Shown one piece after another: positions 7,995 to 17,291 of a stretch of 64,000 nt of DNA. The translations under genes were made by a program, and so were the position numbers. The notes under the pieces were generated by a model. That model saw nothing but the letters and a program-made list of their open reading frames with translations. It was not told the origin of the DNA and ran no database searches. Every line of letters starts with the position of its first letter. Within the stretch, counting starts at the first letter, position 1. The DNA is from Pyrinomonadaceae bacterium (GTDB lineage: Bacteria > Acidobacteriota > Blastocatellia > Pyrinomonadales > Pyrinomonadaceae), in the NCBI GenBank assembly GCA_036518995.1, contig DATDMC010000096.1:6-64005 (forward strand), read 5' to 3'.

Positions 7995-10900
7995 ATGCAG
8001 TATCTATCGCCTCGTTCTCGTTTTGTCTCTGTTTGTCTAATCACCGTCCTTTTTGTTGTTGGAGCTTTGCTGGTCCTGCGTAAAGCGGAAGCCAAACGCT
8101 CCGAAACGAAACTTCCGCAAAGCCAGACTCAGGTCCAAAAAAACTTTGGCAACTTACCGATTGGCTTTGAGCAAAACCAGGGACAAGCCAATGCGCCCGT
8201 ACGCTTTACTGGCAGAGGCAATCGCTATCGAATCTTCCTTACGCCGGCTGAAGCGGTTTTTGCCGTGCAGCCTAAATCCAGCGACAGCTCAAAGCGTGCA
8301 GTCTTTCGCATGAGATTGTTGGGCGCGGCCACCGACCCACGAATGGATGCTGAAGAACAGCTTCTCGGCAGGTCGAATTACTTCATCGGAAACGACTCCG
8401 CTAAATGGCACACGAACGTACCGACTTTTGCTCGAGTTAAATATTCAAGCGTGTATCCCGGAATCGATCTCGTGTTTCACGGTAGTCAGGACCAGTTTGA
8501 GTACGACTTCGTGGTCAGTCCTGCTGCTTCTCCAACGAAGATTCAAATGACGTTTGCCGGGGCTGAGAAACTGCGCCTCGACAAGTCAGGTGAATTGATT
8601 TTGCAAGTTGGCGATTTCGAATTGCGGCAAGGCAAACCGGTTGCTTACCAAATCGTCGAAGGTCAACGACGAGAAGTTGTCGCGAATTACAAGTTGGATG
8701 GTAAACGCGTCGGCTTTGAAGTTGGACCATACGATCACAACTTACCGCTCGTTATCGATCCGGTTTTGATCTATTCGAGTTTTCTGGGAGGTACTGACGC
8801 TGATCAAGGTCTTGCTATAGCCGTAGACGCGCAGGGAAATGCCTATCTCACCGGCACAACTTCGTCGATCGATTTTCCCGTCTCTTCAGCTTTTCAACCT
8901 GGACTTGGTCAGTTCAGCGACGCGTTTGTCGTTAAGATCAACCCGGCTGGAACCGGTCTCGTCTATTCAACTTATCTTGGCGCCAATGGTGACGATTCCG
9001 GAAATGCCATCGCGGTTGATTCTCAAGGGAACGCCTATGTTGCCGGCTCCACTGGATCGGGCAGCTTTCCTACTACGCCGGGCTCCTTTCAAACGAGTAA
9101 AGACGGATCACTTGACGCATTTGTAACCAAATTAGCTCCCTCCGGATCGTCGCTGGTTTATTCCACTTTCACTGGTGGTGACAACATTGACGTTATAAAC
9201 GGAATAGCTGTTGGCCCGTCGGGAATTGCGTATATCACCGGTCGGACAGATTCCACGCGCTGGTTTCAGAACGTTCCGTTTTTTGGACCACGAAACGGTA
9301 ACCCAGTCAGCGTCAGTGTCGATAACGGTGCGAATTGGACGGGTAGTTCCAGCGGACTTACCGGGAACGTAGTTACGAAGTTTGCTCAAGATCCGGTCCT
9401 GGCCACGACCATTTATGCGGGCTCTAACAACGGAGTTTTCAAGAGTACTGATTCAGGCGCACACTGGACGCTGACAGGTACTGTCTCTTCTCAAACCGCA
9501 CCCACTGCCCTTAATACGGTCGCCATCGATCCTTCGAATACAAGCATTATTTACGCCGGAGCTTCTTCCGGAGTTTTCAAGAGCATCAACGGAGGCTCGA
9601 CCTACGCAACCAAAAATTCTGGTCTAAGTAATTTCACAGTCCAGTCGTTAGCAATCGATCCAGGCACTCCGGCAACCCTTTACGCGGGCACTAATGCGGG
9701 CATCTTCAAGAGTGTCAATGGAGGTGATTCGTGGGTCGAGATCAAGAACGGAATTACCGGATCCTCGCCACGTGTCAACGAAATCGTTTTCGATCCGACA
9801 ACCTCAGCGACCATTTATATCGGAACCACACGCGGTCTCTTTAAAACAACCAATGCGGGTGGACAATGGACCGCGATTAACACGGGAGACCTGGTTGGTC
9901 TCCAGCCGCAAATTCAAGGTTTGGTGATCGATCCGCTTAATCCGGCCACGCTCTATGCGGCTGCGGTGCCACTTGGAAATCTGAATCTTTATAAAACCAC
10001 GAACGGAGGCGGAAGCTGGACCGCCAGCAATAATGGCTTGGTCCAACCTCAAACTGGCTCCATTGTGTCAGTGAATGATTTGGCGATCGACCCGGTAACT
10101 CCGTCAACGCTTTATTTTGCTTCGAGCAGTGCCGGTATTTATAAGACCACTGACAGCGGCGCTAACTGGGTTCAAACTAATTCAGGATTACGTCAACTCG
10201 TCACACCCGCGGTGATGGTCGATCGCGCTACTCCATCGCGTGTTTTTGCTGGAGCGTCGATTGGAACCGATGTTTTCGCTGCCGCCCTTACCGATGGGGG
10301 TTTCCCTGTCTACTTCAAAAATTTTGGCGGCACGGAAACTGACGAAGGCAGAGGTGTAGCAGTCGATAGTAACGGTAACGCCTATGTGATCGGTACCACT
10401 GCTTCTGCCAATTTGATCACCAACAATGCGTTTGATTCGACTTATAACGGAAACACCGATGCGTTTGTAACGAAGTTTGATTCCAGCGGCTTACCACTCT
10501 TTTCAACCTTCGTCGGTGGCAGTTCTCGCGATGAAGGACGAGCTATTGCTGTACGTGGCGGAGCTGCTTACATAACCGGTATAACCACTTCACCGGATTT
10601 CCCCACCGTTTCACCGCTCAAAGCGACACTTGCGCAGTTTGATACCGACGCTTTCGTCGCGAAGTTTAATACCGCGGGATCTGCATTCGATTTCTCAACC
10701 TATCTCGGTGGCGCCGGAACTGATCAGGGATTCGGAATTGCTGTGGATGGAACTGGTGAATATGTAACTGGTTCAACTACCTCAACCGACTTCCCGGTTG
10801 TTGATGGCTCACAAGCTGCAAACGGCGGCGGGACGGATGCGTTTGTCACTAAAATTAATTCAACGGGCAGCGCGATCGTACATTCCACTTATCTCGGTGG

Positions 10901-13900
10901 GACCAGCACGGACCAGGGAAATGGTGTCGCAGTCGATCCTTTCCAAAATGCGTATGTCGTAGGCAACACGAGTTCGGCGAATTTCCCGACACGCAATCCG
11001 TTTGATGGAACGCTTCACTCGCTTGATGCCTTCGTGGCTAAGATCGGTGTTCAGGTCGATTTGTCGATCACCAAGACTGAGTCGCGTGATCCTGTGATGG
11101 TCAATAACCCGCTTAGTTATACGTTGCAGGTAAACAATGCTGGTCCATCGGCCGCAAGTGGCGTAGTAGTCAGCGATTCTCTGCCATCCGGTTTGACGTT
11201 TGCTTCGGCGAGCCAAAGCCAGGGAAGTTGCTCGTTCAACAATCCGGTGGTGACTTGTCAATTGGGTAATATCGCTTCGGGAGGATCCGCGGTAGTAACC
11301 GTCAATGTGATTCCAACCACAGTCGGGTCGATTAACAACACGGCTTCAGTAACGGCCAATGAACTCGATACAAACACCGCGAACAATTCCGGTAGCCAGT
11401 CGACCACAGTGTCCGCGTCGCCCAGCATTACCGGCCACGTTCGCGATTTAAGTTCCGCTGGTGTTGCGGGAGTTCTGGTTACGCTGAGCGGTAGTCAATC
11501 TGCAACGGTGACTACCGACAGTAACGGTTTCTATCAATTTCCTGAGCTTCCGGTTGGCGGCAGTTACACCGTTACACCATCGAAGCCAAATTTCTCTTTC
11601 AGTCCGCAGTCGCTCACTTTCAACGGTTTGAATGTTGACCAAACGGCCGATTTTGTTGCGTCAGTTTGTACCTTCTCGTTGTCTTCGCCGGCGCAGAGTT
11701 TCCCAGCCGCTGGTGGGACGGGTAGTGTCGACGTGAATACTTTGCCGGGCTGTACATGGACCGCGGTCAGCAACGACAGTTTTATTAACGTTACTTCGGG
11801 TGCCAATGGCGTGAGTAGCGGAACGGTGACTTTTACTGTCAGTGCCACAACTGCACCGCGAAGTGGTCGACTCACGATCGCGGGGCTTAACCACGCAGTT
11901 TTTCAGGAATTCAATTCATGTGGTGGTCCAAATTTCACGGTAACAAGTGCACAGGCTGTGAGTGAGACAGATGTTGTGAAGGTTGCGGACTTCGATGGCG
12001 ATGGCGATCTCGACTACGCCGTAAGCAGTACAAATATATTTAGCACTATCGCGATCCTTTTCAATGATGGCGCCGGTAATTTCAGTTTTACCGCGTTTGA
12101 TACCGGCACGAGCGATATGCGCAACGCCTTTACCGTCGGCGATTTCAACGGCGACGGCAAGCCCGACATTGCGTTACACCGGCAGTTCCAACTGACCGTT
12201 AGAGTATTTTTTAATAATGGCTCGGGTGGTTTCGGACAGTCTGTACTGGATGTTCCGTTTACCACACAAGGAACCACCATCAGCAACCAAACTACGTTCG
12301 CCGGTGATGTAAATGGTGATGGTAAGGCTGACCTGGTTCTCGATCACAACACTTCGTCAATGGTCGTCTTGCTATCCACTGGTCCAGGTTTTACTCAATC
12401 AACTTCAACCACCTTCAATACAAACGAACAACCTGCCGGGCTCTTCGATACAAACAACGACGGCAAGTTGGATTTGCTGTTCGCGCGGTCGTTCAGCAAC
12501 TTAAACGTTCGCCTCGGAGATGGCGCGGGTGGTTTTGGCTCCGCGATTACTTCAACAACTCCGGAAGTAAATCCAGTCTTCCTTCCCGGCGACTTTGATA
12601 CTGACGGCAAGATCGATATTGCAGTAGATAAGTTAATTTTGGCTGGTGATGGCGCGGGCCATTTCGCGGTGAAGTCACAAATCGCGAGTAGTTCGAATCT
12701 TCATACTTTGGCTGTTGCGGATTTCAACAACGACGGCAAGTTAGACCTTGCTCTTACGCAGGGTGACACCAAAGTATTTATTGCTCTCGGCGATGGTCTC
12801 GGCGGCATTGGATCTCCGCAGCCATTCGCGACGCCGGGAAATGATAACAACCCGGGAGTGTTTTCGATTGCTACCGGTGATTTCGACAACGATAAGAAAG
12901 TTGATCTGCTGGCGGTTAACGACACCACCGGACTATCGCGGCTCAATAATCAATGCGTTGCCAGCCCAACGATCTTTGGTAAGGTCACTCGTGGGTCAAC
13001 AACGTCGGGTATCGGCGGCGTCACCATAACCTTGACCGGTGCGCAAAACAAAACCACGCAAACTGACGCAAATGGTAATTACTCCTTCGGCGACCTTTCT
13101 GCCGGCGGCAACTACGTAGTTACACCGACAAAGGAAAACTATCGTTTCAATCCAGTCTCAGCGCCGGTTAACAATCTAACGGGCAGTCAACAGGTTAACT
13201 TCGAAGCGACCGCTATCAGAGTTCAGTTGGGCCAGAATCATTATCTCGTTAATGAAGGCACTGAAAGTCTGCAAGTGGATGTAACGCGAAGTGGTGATCT
13301 GTCTGGAGTTTCAACAGTGGATTACGCAACTACGAGCGGCAGTGCGTCGGATAAGTCTGATTACACAGCGGCTCTTGGCACGTTGCGATTTGAAGCGGGT
13401 GAATCTCAGAAGAGTTTTATCATCCTGATCACCAATGACGCTTTCGTCGAAGGGTTCGAGAATTTCACGGTGAGTTTGAGTAATCCTGCAGGAGCAGTAC
13501 TCGCCACTCCGCAGGAAAATCAGCCTACCAGCGCATTGGTGGATATTCAGGACAACGACGATCCGCCACCATCCAACTTAAATCCTGCTGATGATGTGGC
13601 GTTTTTTGTTCGCCAGCACTATCACGACTTCCTGAACCGCGAACCGGATCCAAGTGGTTTGCAGTTCTGGATCAACAACATCACCAGTTGCGGAAGCGAT
13701 GCGCAGTGCGTCGAAGCTAAGCGTATTGATACGAGTGCGGCGTTCTTCCTGTCGATTGAATTTCAGAACACCGGTTACCTGGTCTATCGCAGCTATAAGA
13801 CTTCGTATGGCGATACGACCTCGCCAAACGTAAGCGTGCCGGTGCCGATCATTCGTCTTAATGAGTTTCTTGCGGACACGCGACGAATTGGGTTGGGCGT

Positions 13901-14372
13901 AGTTGTTGGCCAGGGGAATTGGGAACAAACACTGGAAAATAATAAAGCCGCATACTTCCTCGAGTTTGTTCAAAGGAGTCGATTCACCACCGCTTATCCG
14001 GCTTCAATGACGGCCGATCAGTTTGTCGACAAGCTGGACCAGATGGCGGGCGGAGTTTTATCAGCGGACGAAAGATCGCAACTGATCAGTGTGTTAGGAG
14101 CAACTCCATCTGATCCGAGTAAACGTGCGAGTGTCTTGCGCGCGGTCGCTGAAGACAGTGATTTGCAATCTCGTGAATTCAACCGGGCGTTTGTGCTGAT
14201 GCAGTACTACGGTTATCTGCGCCGCAATCCTGATGATCCGCAGGACACAGACTTCCGAGGCTGGGAGTTCTGGCTAAACAAACTGAACCAGTTCAACGGC
14301 AACTTCAACGCTGCTGAAATGGTGAAGTCGTTCCTCGTTTCGGGTGAATATCGCGGCAGGTTTGGACAGTAG
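7995..14372 (+). CDS. Giant secreted/anchored mosaic protein (2125 aa): SBBP propeller, BNR/Ycf48-like, DUF11, CarboxypepD_reg x2, BACON-like, FG-GAP/VCBS, Calx-beta and DUF4214 domains
   Basis: ATG at 7995 with aaggaa upstream, and an N-terminal anchor FVSVCLITVLFVVGALLVL. Approximate domain map in nt, from motifs:
- 8148-8756: DUF7948-like.
- 8772-9251 and 10314-11051: SBBP repeats (AIAVDxxGNAYVTG, DAFVxK).
- 9309-10226: BNR/Sortilin-like (YAGxxxGxFKSxDxGxxW).
- 11052-11411: DUF11.
- 11418-11651 and 12963-13211: CarboxypepD_reg.
- 11661-11906: BACON-like.
- 11979-12941: FG-GAP (GDFNGDGKxDL).
- 13215-13541: Calx-beta.
- 13584-14369: DUF4214. Confidence 0.85.
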   Translation: MQYLSPRSRFVSVCLITVLFVVGALLVLRKAEAKRSETKLPQSQTQVQKNFGNLPIGFEQNQGQANAPVRFTGRGNRYRIFLTPAEAVFAVQPKSSDSSKRAVFRMRLLGAATDPRMDAEEQLLGRSNYFIGNDSAKWHTNVPTFARVKYSSVYPGIDLVFHGSQDQFEYDFVVSPAASPTKIQMTFAGAEKLRLDKSGELILQVGDFELRQGKPVAYQIVEGQRREVVANYKLDGKRVGFEVGPYDHNLPLVIDPVLIYSSFLGGTDADQGLAIAVDAQGNAYLTGTTSSIDFPVSSAFQPGLGQFSDAFVVKINPAGTGLVYSTYLGANGDDSGNAIAVDSQGNAYVAGSTGSGSFPTTPGSFQTSKDGSLDAFVTKLAPSGSSLVYSTFTGGDNIDVINGIAVGPSGIAYITGRTDSTRWFQNVPFFGPRNGNPVSVSVDNGANWTGSSSGLTGNVVTKFAQDPVLATTIYAGSNNGVFKSTDSGAHWTLTGTVSSQTAPTALNTVAIDPSNTSIIYAGASSGVFKSINGGSTYATKNSGLSNFTVQSLAIDPGTPATLYAGTNAGIFKSVNGGDSWVEIKNGITGSSPRVNEIVFDPTTSATIYIGTTRGLFKTTNAGGQWTAINTGDLVGLQPQIQGLVIDPLNPATLYAAAVPLGNLNLYKTTNGGGSWTASNNGLVQPQTGSIVSVNDLAIDPVTPSTLYFASSSAGIYKTTDSGANWVQTNSGLRQLVTPAVMVDRATPSRVFAGASIGTDVFAAALTDGGFPVYFKNFGGTETDEGRGVAVDSNGNAYVIGTTASANLITNNAFDSTYNGNTDAFVTKFDSSGLPLFSTFVGGSSRDEGRAIAVRGGAAYITGITTSPDFPTVSPLKATLAQFDTDAFVAKFNTAGSAFDFSTYLGGAGTDQGFGIAVDGTGEYVTGSTTSTDFPVVDGSQAANGGGTDAFVTKINSTGSAIVHSTYLGGTSTDQGNGVAVDPFQNAYVVGNTSSANFPTRNPFDGTLHSLDAFVAKIGVQVDLSITKTESRDPVMVNNPLSYTLQVNNAGPSAASGVVVSDSLPSGLTFASASQSQGSCSFNNPVVTCQLGNIASGGSAVVTVNVIPTTVGSINNTASVTANELDTNTANNSGSQSTTVSASPSITGHVRDLSSAGVAGVLVTLSGSQSATVTTDSNGFYQFPELPVGGSYTVTPSKPNFSFSPQSLTFNGLNVDQTADFVASVCTFSLSSPAQSFPAAGGTGSVDVNTLPGCTWTAVSNDSFINVTSGANGVSSGTVTFTVSATTAPRSGRLTIAGLNHAVFQEFNSCGGPNFTVTSAQAVSETDVVKVADFDGDGDLDYAVSSTNIFSTIAILFNDGAGNFSFTAFDTGTSDMRNAFTVGDFNGDGKPDIALHRQFQLTVRVFFNNGSGGFGQSVLDVPFTTQGTTISNQTTFAGDVNGDGKADLVLDHNTSSMVVLLSTGPGFTQSTSTTFNTNEQPAGLFDTNNDGKLDLLFARSFSNLNVRLGDGAGGFGSAITSTTPEVNPVFLPGDFDTDGKIDIAVDKLILAGDGAGHFAVKSQIASSSNLHTLAVADFNNDGKLDLALTQGDTKVFIALGDGLGGIGSPQPFATPGNDNNPGVFSIATGDFDNDKKVDLLAVNDTTGLSRLNNQCVASPTIFGKVTRGSTTSGIGGVTITLTGAQNKTTQTDANGNYSFGDLSAGGNYVVTPTKENYRFNPVSAPVNNLTGSQQVNFEATAIRVQLGQNHYLVNEGTESLQVDVTRSGDLSGVSTVDYATTSGSASDKSDYTAALGTLRFEAGESQKSFIILITNDAFVEGFENFTVSLSNPAGAVLATPQENQPTSALVDIQDNDDPPPSNLNPADDVAFFVRQHYHDFLNREPDPSGLQFWINNITSCGSDAQCVEAKRIDTSAAFFLSIEFQNTGYLVYRSYKTSYGDTTSPNVSVPVPIIRLNEFLADTRRIGLGVVVGQGNWEQTLENNKAAYFLEFVQRSRFTTAYPASMTADQFVDKLDQMAGGVLSADERSQLISVLGATPSDPSKRASVLRAVAEDSDLQSREFNRAFVLMQYYGYLRRNPDDPQDTDFRGWEFWLNKLNQFNGNFNAAEMVKSFLVSGEYRGRFGQ

Positions 14373-14385
14373 AGGAAGTTGGAAT

Positions 14386-14477
14386 GGTGAATAGTAAATA
14401 GTGAATGGTGAATAGTGAATGGTGAATTGCGGAATTTACGACTCACAATTCACAATTTACGATTCACGATTGACGAT
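14386..14477. repeat. Inverted pair of heptanucleotide arrays (rGTGAAT x6 then its complement x5), forming a long imperfect hairpin
   Basis: Left array: ggtgaat agtaaat agtgaat ggtgaat agtgaat ggtgaat. Centre: tgcggaatttacgac. Right array: tcacaat tcacaat ttacgat tcacgat tgacgat. The right end abuts the stop codon at 14478. Confidence 0.9.
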
Positions 14478-14954
14478 TTACTGGATTTTGATTTCTCTCG
14501 TGACGATATTCGCGTTGCCGTTCTTGTAAGGCCAGCCATCTGGACCAATTAGTTCGATTCGCACAGTGTGATTGCCGGTGGTCCAACCCATTAGCCAGAA
14601 TGAGTCTGATTTGTCGAGCCATTGCATCTCGTCATCGTCGGTGATGTAGCGGACGCGGAAGTCGCCACCTTCGGCTTTTAGTTTTGCGTTCACTACCGTG
14701 AAGTCGATCGGAACTGATTCACCAACTCGAAAAGTCTTTTTGTCTTCCAGATGAAAGACGAGGTACGGCTTTGTAAGATCTGCTGATGAATCGATCTTGT
14801 CTGCGGTTGTTGGACGAGGTACCGGATTATTGACGACGGTGAGCACCTGATGTGGAGGTGGATCGATCGGGATTGTTACTGTCGTGTGCGCGTTGTCTTT
14901 AGTAGAGCAGCTCGTTAGCGCAACGATAAAGATTAATGCCGTAAGAATTTTCAT
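14478..14954 (-). CDS. Lipoprotein, hypothetical (158 aa)
   Basis: Trimmed to the ATG at 14952-14954. Lipobox MKILTALIFIVALTSC. The longer six-frame ORF (to 15101) runs through a family C repeat. Confidence 0.65.
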   Translation of the reverse strand: MKILTALIFIVALTSCSTKDNAHTTVTIPIDPPPHQVLTVVNNPVPRPTTADKIDSSADLTKPYLVFHLEDKKTFRVGESVPIDFTVVNAKLKAEGGDFRVRYITDDDEMQWLDKSDSFWLMGWTTGNHTVRIELIGPDGWPYKNGNANIVTREIKIQ

Positions 14955-15006
14955 CGCGGAAACTATACACGAGCGCCGGAAGCCGCAGCCAAGAGTAAGC
15001 GACTCT

Positions 15007-15085
15007 CTCCGCGTCTCTGCGTTTAAAGTTGCTTGATATAAGACATCTTCAACGCAGAGACGCGGAGTACGCAGAGACGCAGAGG
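15007..15085. repeat. Family C palindromic element (short copy)
   Basis: Perfect 17-bp inverted repeat: ctccgcgtctctgcgtt (15007-15023) against aacgcagagacgcggag (15051-15067), followed by tacgcagagacgcagagg. Confidence 0.8.
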
Positions 15086-15173
15086 ATGAATTAAGAACCA
15101 TCTAGACATTTCAATACTCCGATGCAAGAATCCGCTGACGACTTCATACCTTCAACCGGCACAGCATTCATAC

Positions 15174-16205
15174 ATGAGTAAAATCAAACTCCTTGCTTTA
15201 ACTCTTCTATTAATTGCCATCGGCTGTAACAAGAACGTCTCTCGATCCACAAACAAACTAACTCCCGAGCTGAAACCCCTTTCAAAAGCACTCGCGGGTT
15301 ACGAGGCGATGTCGATCCCTGATGATAATCCCATGTCACCCGACAAAGTCGCGTTAGGTCGCCAATTATTTTTCGACGAACGCTTGAGTGGTGACGGAAC
15401 GAAGTCTTGTTCCTCGTGTCATGTATGCGAGCATGGTCTAACTGACGGACTGCCCAAAGCCATCGGCGCGGGCAACAAAACTCTTACCCGCAACAGTCCC
15501 ACATTATGGAACATTGGTTATCACAAAGAGTTCTATTGGGACGGTCGAAGCGGATCACTCGAGGCGCAGGCGTTGGCAGACTGGTCCGGTGCAAACATGG
15601 GAGCTGTTCCCGAGTTGAGTGTGAAAAAATTAAACGGGCTCGAAGAATACGCCACTCAATTTCACAAAGTCTTCGACGCCGATCCGACACCAGACAACGT
15701 GGTGAAGGCGATAGCTGCATTTGAGAGAACGATCATTGCCGGCGACACAGCGTGGGACCGTTGGAAAGCTGGAGACAACACAGCGATCAGTGTGAGTGCA
15801 TACCGTGGTTGGAATATCTTTCAAGCCATTAAGTGTAACAACTGTCACGATGGCTTACTGTTTACCGATCAGCAATATCACAACATCGGCATTGGCATGG
15901 ATGCAACGGAGCCGGATCTGGGCCGTCTTAAAGTCACCAACAAACCTGAAGACACGGGCGCATTCAAAACACCGACGTTAAGAGATATTGCCAACACAGC
16001 TCCGTATTTCCACGACGGAAGTGCGCAGACGCTTGAAGAGGCAGTTGACTTAATGCTTGGCGGTGGGAAACCGAACGATCATCTCGATAAGAAGAACCTC
16101 GTAGTTCACAAACTCTTGCCCGAGCAGCGTCAGGATTTGTTGGCGTTTCTTAGATCGCTTTCAGTTGAGTGCAGCCTGGAGAAGCCGGATTTGCCGCAGA
16201 AGTGA
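15174..16205 (+). CDS. Di-haem cytochrome c peroxidase (CCP/MauG family), lipoprotein-type signal
   Basis: 343 aa. Two haem motifs, CSSCH and CNNCH; LGRQLFFDERLS and PTLRDIANTAPYFHDGS family signatures; signal LLLIAIGC. Confidence 0.9.
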   Translation: MSKIKLLALTLLLIAIGCNKNVSRSTNKLTPELKPLSKALAGYEAMSIPDDNPMSPDKVALGRQLFFDERLSGDGTKSCSSCHVCEHGLTDGLPKAIGAGNKTLTRNSPTLWNIGYHKEFYWDGRSGSLEAQALADWSGANMGAVPELSVKKLNGLEEYATQFHKVFDADPTPDNVVKAIAAFERTIIAGDTAWDRWKAGDNTAISVSAYRGWNIFQAIKCNNCHDGLLFTDQQYHNIGIGMDATEPDLGRLKVTNKPEDTGAFKTPTLRDIANTAPYFHDGSAQTLEEAVDLMLGGGKPNDHLDKKNLVVHKLLPEQRQDLLAFLRSLSVECSLEKPDLPQK

Positions 16206-16303
16206 GTAGGTGCCGGGTGGCGGGTGTTAGGGGTGGGGTGTTAGGGGGCGGGTGTCAGATGTTAGCTATTGGGTGTCAGGCTGTTAGCTATTGGGTGTTA
16301 GAT
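16206..16303. repeat. G/T-rich short-period array (gggtgtt/aggggtg units, with a 22-bp duplication of tgttagctattgggtgt)
   Basis: Starts immediately after the stop at 16203-16205. The complementary C/A-rich stretch ccccgacacccaaccaccac lies at 16421-16440, on the other side of the family A element. Confidence 0.75.
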
Positions 16304-16420
16304 GTCGGCTTTGCCGCCCGTTGTGAGGAATGGCTATGCCTTTCCGTTAGCGGCCTTATAGGTTTTGGGCTACGCCCCTCGAAGGCCCAGCCATTCCTCA
16401 CAACAAGCGGCAAAGCCGAC
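16304..16420. repeat. Family A palindromic element
   Basis: Left arm gtcggctttgccgcccgttgtgaggaatggct against right arm agccattcctcacaacaagcggcaaagccgac. Core gggctacgcccc. Confidence 0.9.
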
Positions 16421-16441
16421 CCCCGACACCCAACCACCACG

Positions 16442-17071
16442 TCACCCACTCACCGCAGTGCCGACCTTCAGTCTCTTCTCCACTTCCGTCCAATTGATAT
16501 TCGAGAAGAATGCTTCAATGTACTTCGGACGCTCTGCCGGTTTGTAATCCAGCAGGAAAGCATGTTCCCAAACATCCATCACCAGGATAGGATTGAAACC
16601 CGCGACATTGCCCGTCTCGTGTAACGTGACCCAATGATTTGAAATACGGCCGTTGGCGGGATTTTGATTACAGATGGCCCAACCCACGCCGCGCATCTTG
16701 CCGACGCCCATAAAGTCAGCTTTCCAGATTTCATAACTATCAAACGACGATTCTGCTGCTTTGATAAAGGGCGAGGTCTTGTCCGGATTGCCATTGCCGC
16801 CGCCATTCTGCAGATTGTCGAAGTAATATTCGTGCAGGACCATGCCGTTATATTCAAAGCCGAGGCGGCGAGTTAACTCCGAGTAGGCCGGCATCTCTTC
16901 CTGGTCCACTTTGCCGTCTTTAATGAACTCCGCGATCTTGTTAGTCAGGTTGTTTGTTTCCTTAACGTAACCTTCATACAGTTTGAAGTGCATCTCCAAC
17001 GTCTGATCCGAAATACCTTGTAAGCCGCTGAGATTGAACTGCCTCGCGGTATAAGAACCGAATGAACTCAT
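16442..17071 (-). CDS. Fe/Mn-family superoxide dismutase (divergent N-terminal motif)
   Basis: 209 aa. C-terminal signature DVWEHAF, central metal-ligand His in MVLHEYYF, N-terminal ligand His in LEMHFKLYEGYV. ggagg RBS upstream. Confidence 0.85.
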   Translation of the reverse strand: MSSFGSYTARQFNLSGLQGISDQTLEMHFKLYEGYVKETNNLTNKIAEFIKDGKVDQEEMPAYSELTRRLGFEYNGMVLHEYYFDNLQNGGGNGNPDKTSPFIKAAESSFDSYEIWKADFMGVGKMRGVGWAICNQNPANGRISNHWVTLHETGNVAGFNPILVMDVWEHAFLLDYKPAERPKYIEAFFSNINWTEVEKRLKVGTAVSG

Positions 17072-17131
17072 AGCGAATCCTCCACTCCAGAACTCATTTT
17101 CGAAAATCCGTAAACTGAATTTAGTTGATAA

Positions 17132-17155
17132 AAGGGGATGCTCGAATATCCCCTT
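17132..17155 (-). terminator. Possible second intrinsic terminator or 5'-UTR hairpin
   Basis: On the minus strand: aaggggat-attcgagc-atcccctt followed by ttat. 8-bp stem and a short T run. Confidence 0.3.
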
Positions 17156-17240
17156 CGTTTGTGCCGAATAAGTTGAGAGCCTGAGGATTTATTGTGGCTG
17201 GAGGAAGAAAGGCGGAAATGCGGAATTTAAAAACAGAAAT

Positions 17241-17270
17241 GCGGGATTGCTTCAATTTCCGCAATCCCGC
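17241..17270 (-). terminator. Rho-independent terminator-like hairpin downstream of the PuuD-like membrane gene
   Basis: 10-bp stem gcgggattgc/gcaatcccgc with a 10-nt loop. On the minus strand it is followed by atttctgttttt. Confidence 0.5.
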
Positions 17271-17291
17271 AATTCTCAATTCCTAATTCTT

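Noticed and set aside
16169-16624. 151-aa ORF spanning the peroxidase-SOD intergenic region. Similar small ORFs lie wholly in repeats: 5551-5733, 18697-18915, 28263-28625, 28409-28615, 33721-33918, 22307-22516, 55058-55335.
   Set aside because: They are composed of satellite and palindrome sequence, and their reading frames are by-products of repeat composition. They overlap the ends of convergent genes.
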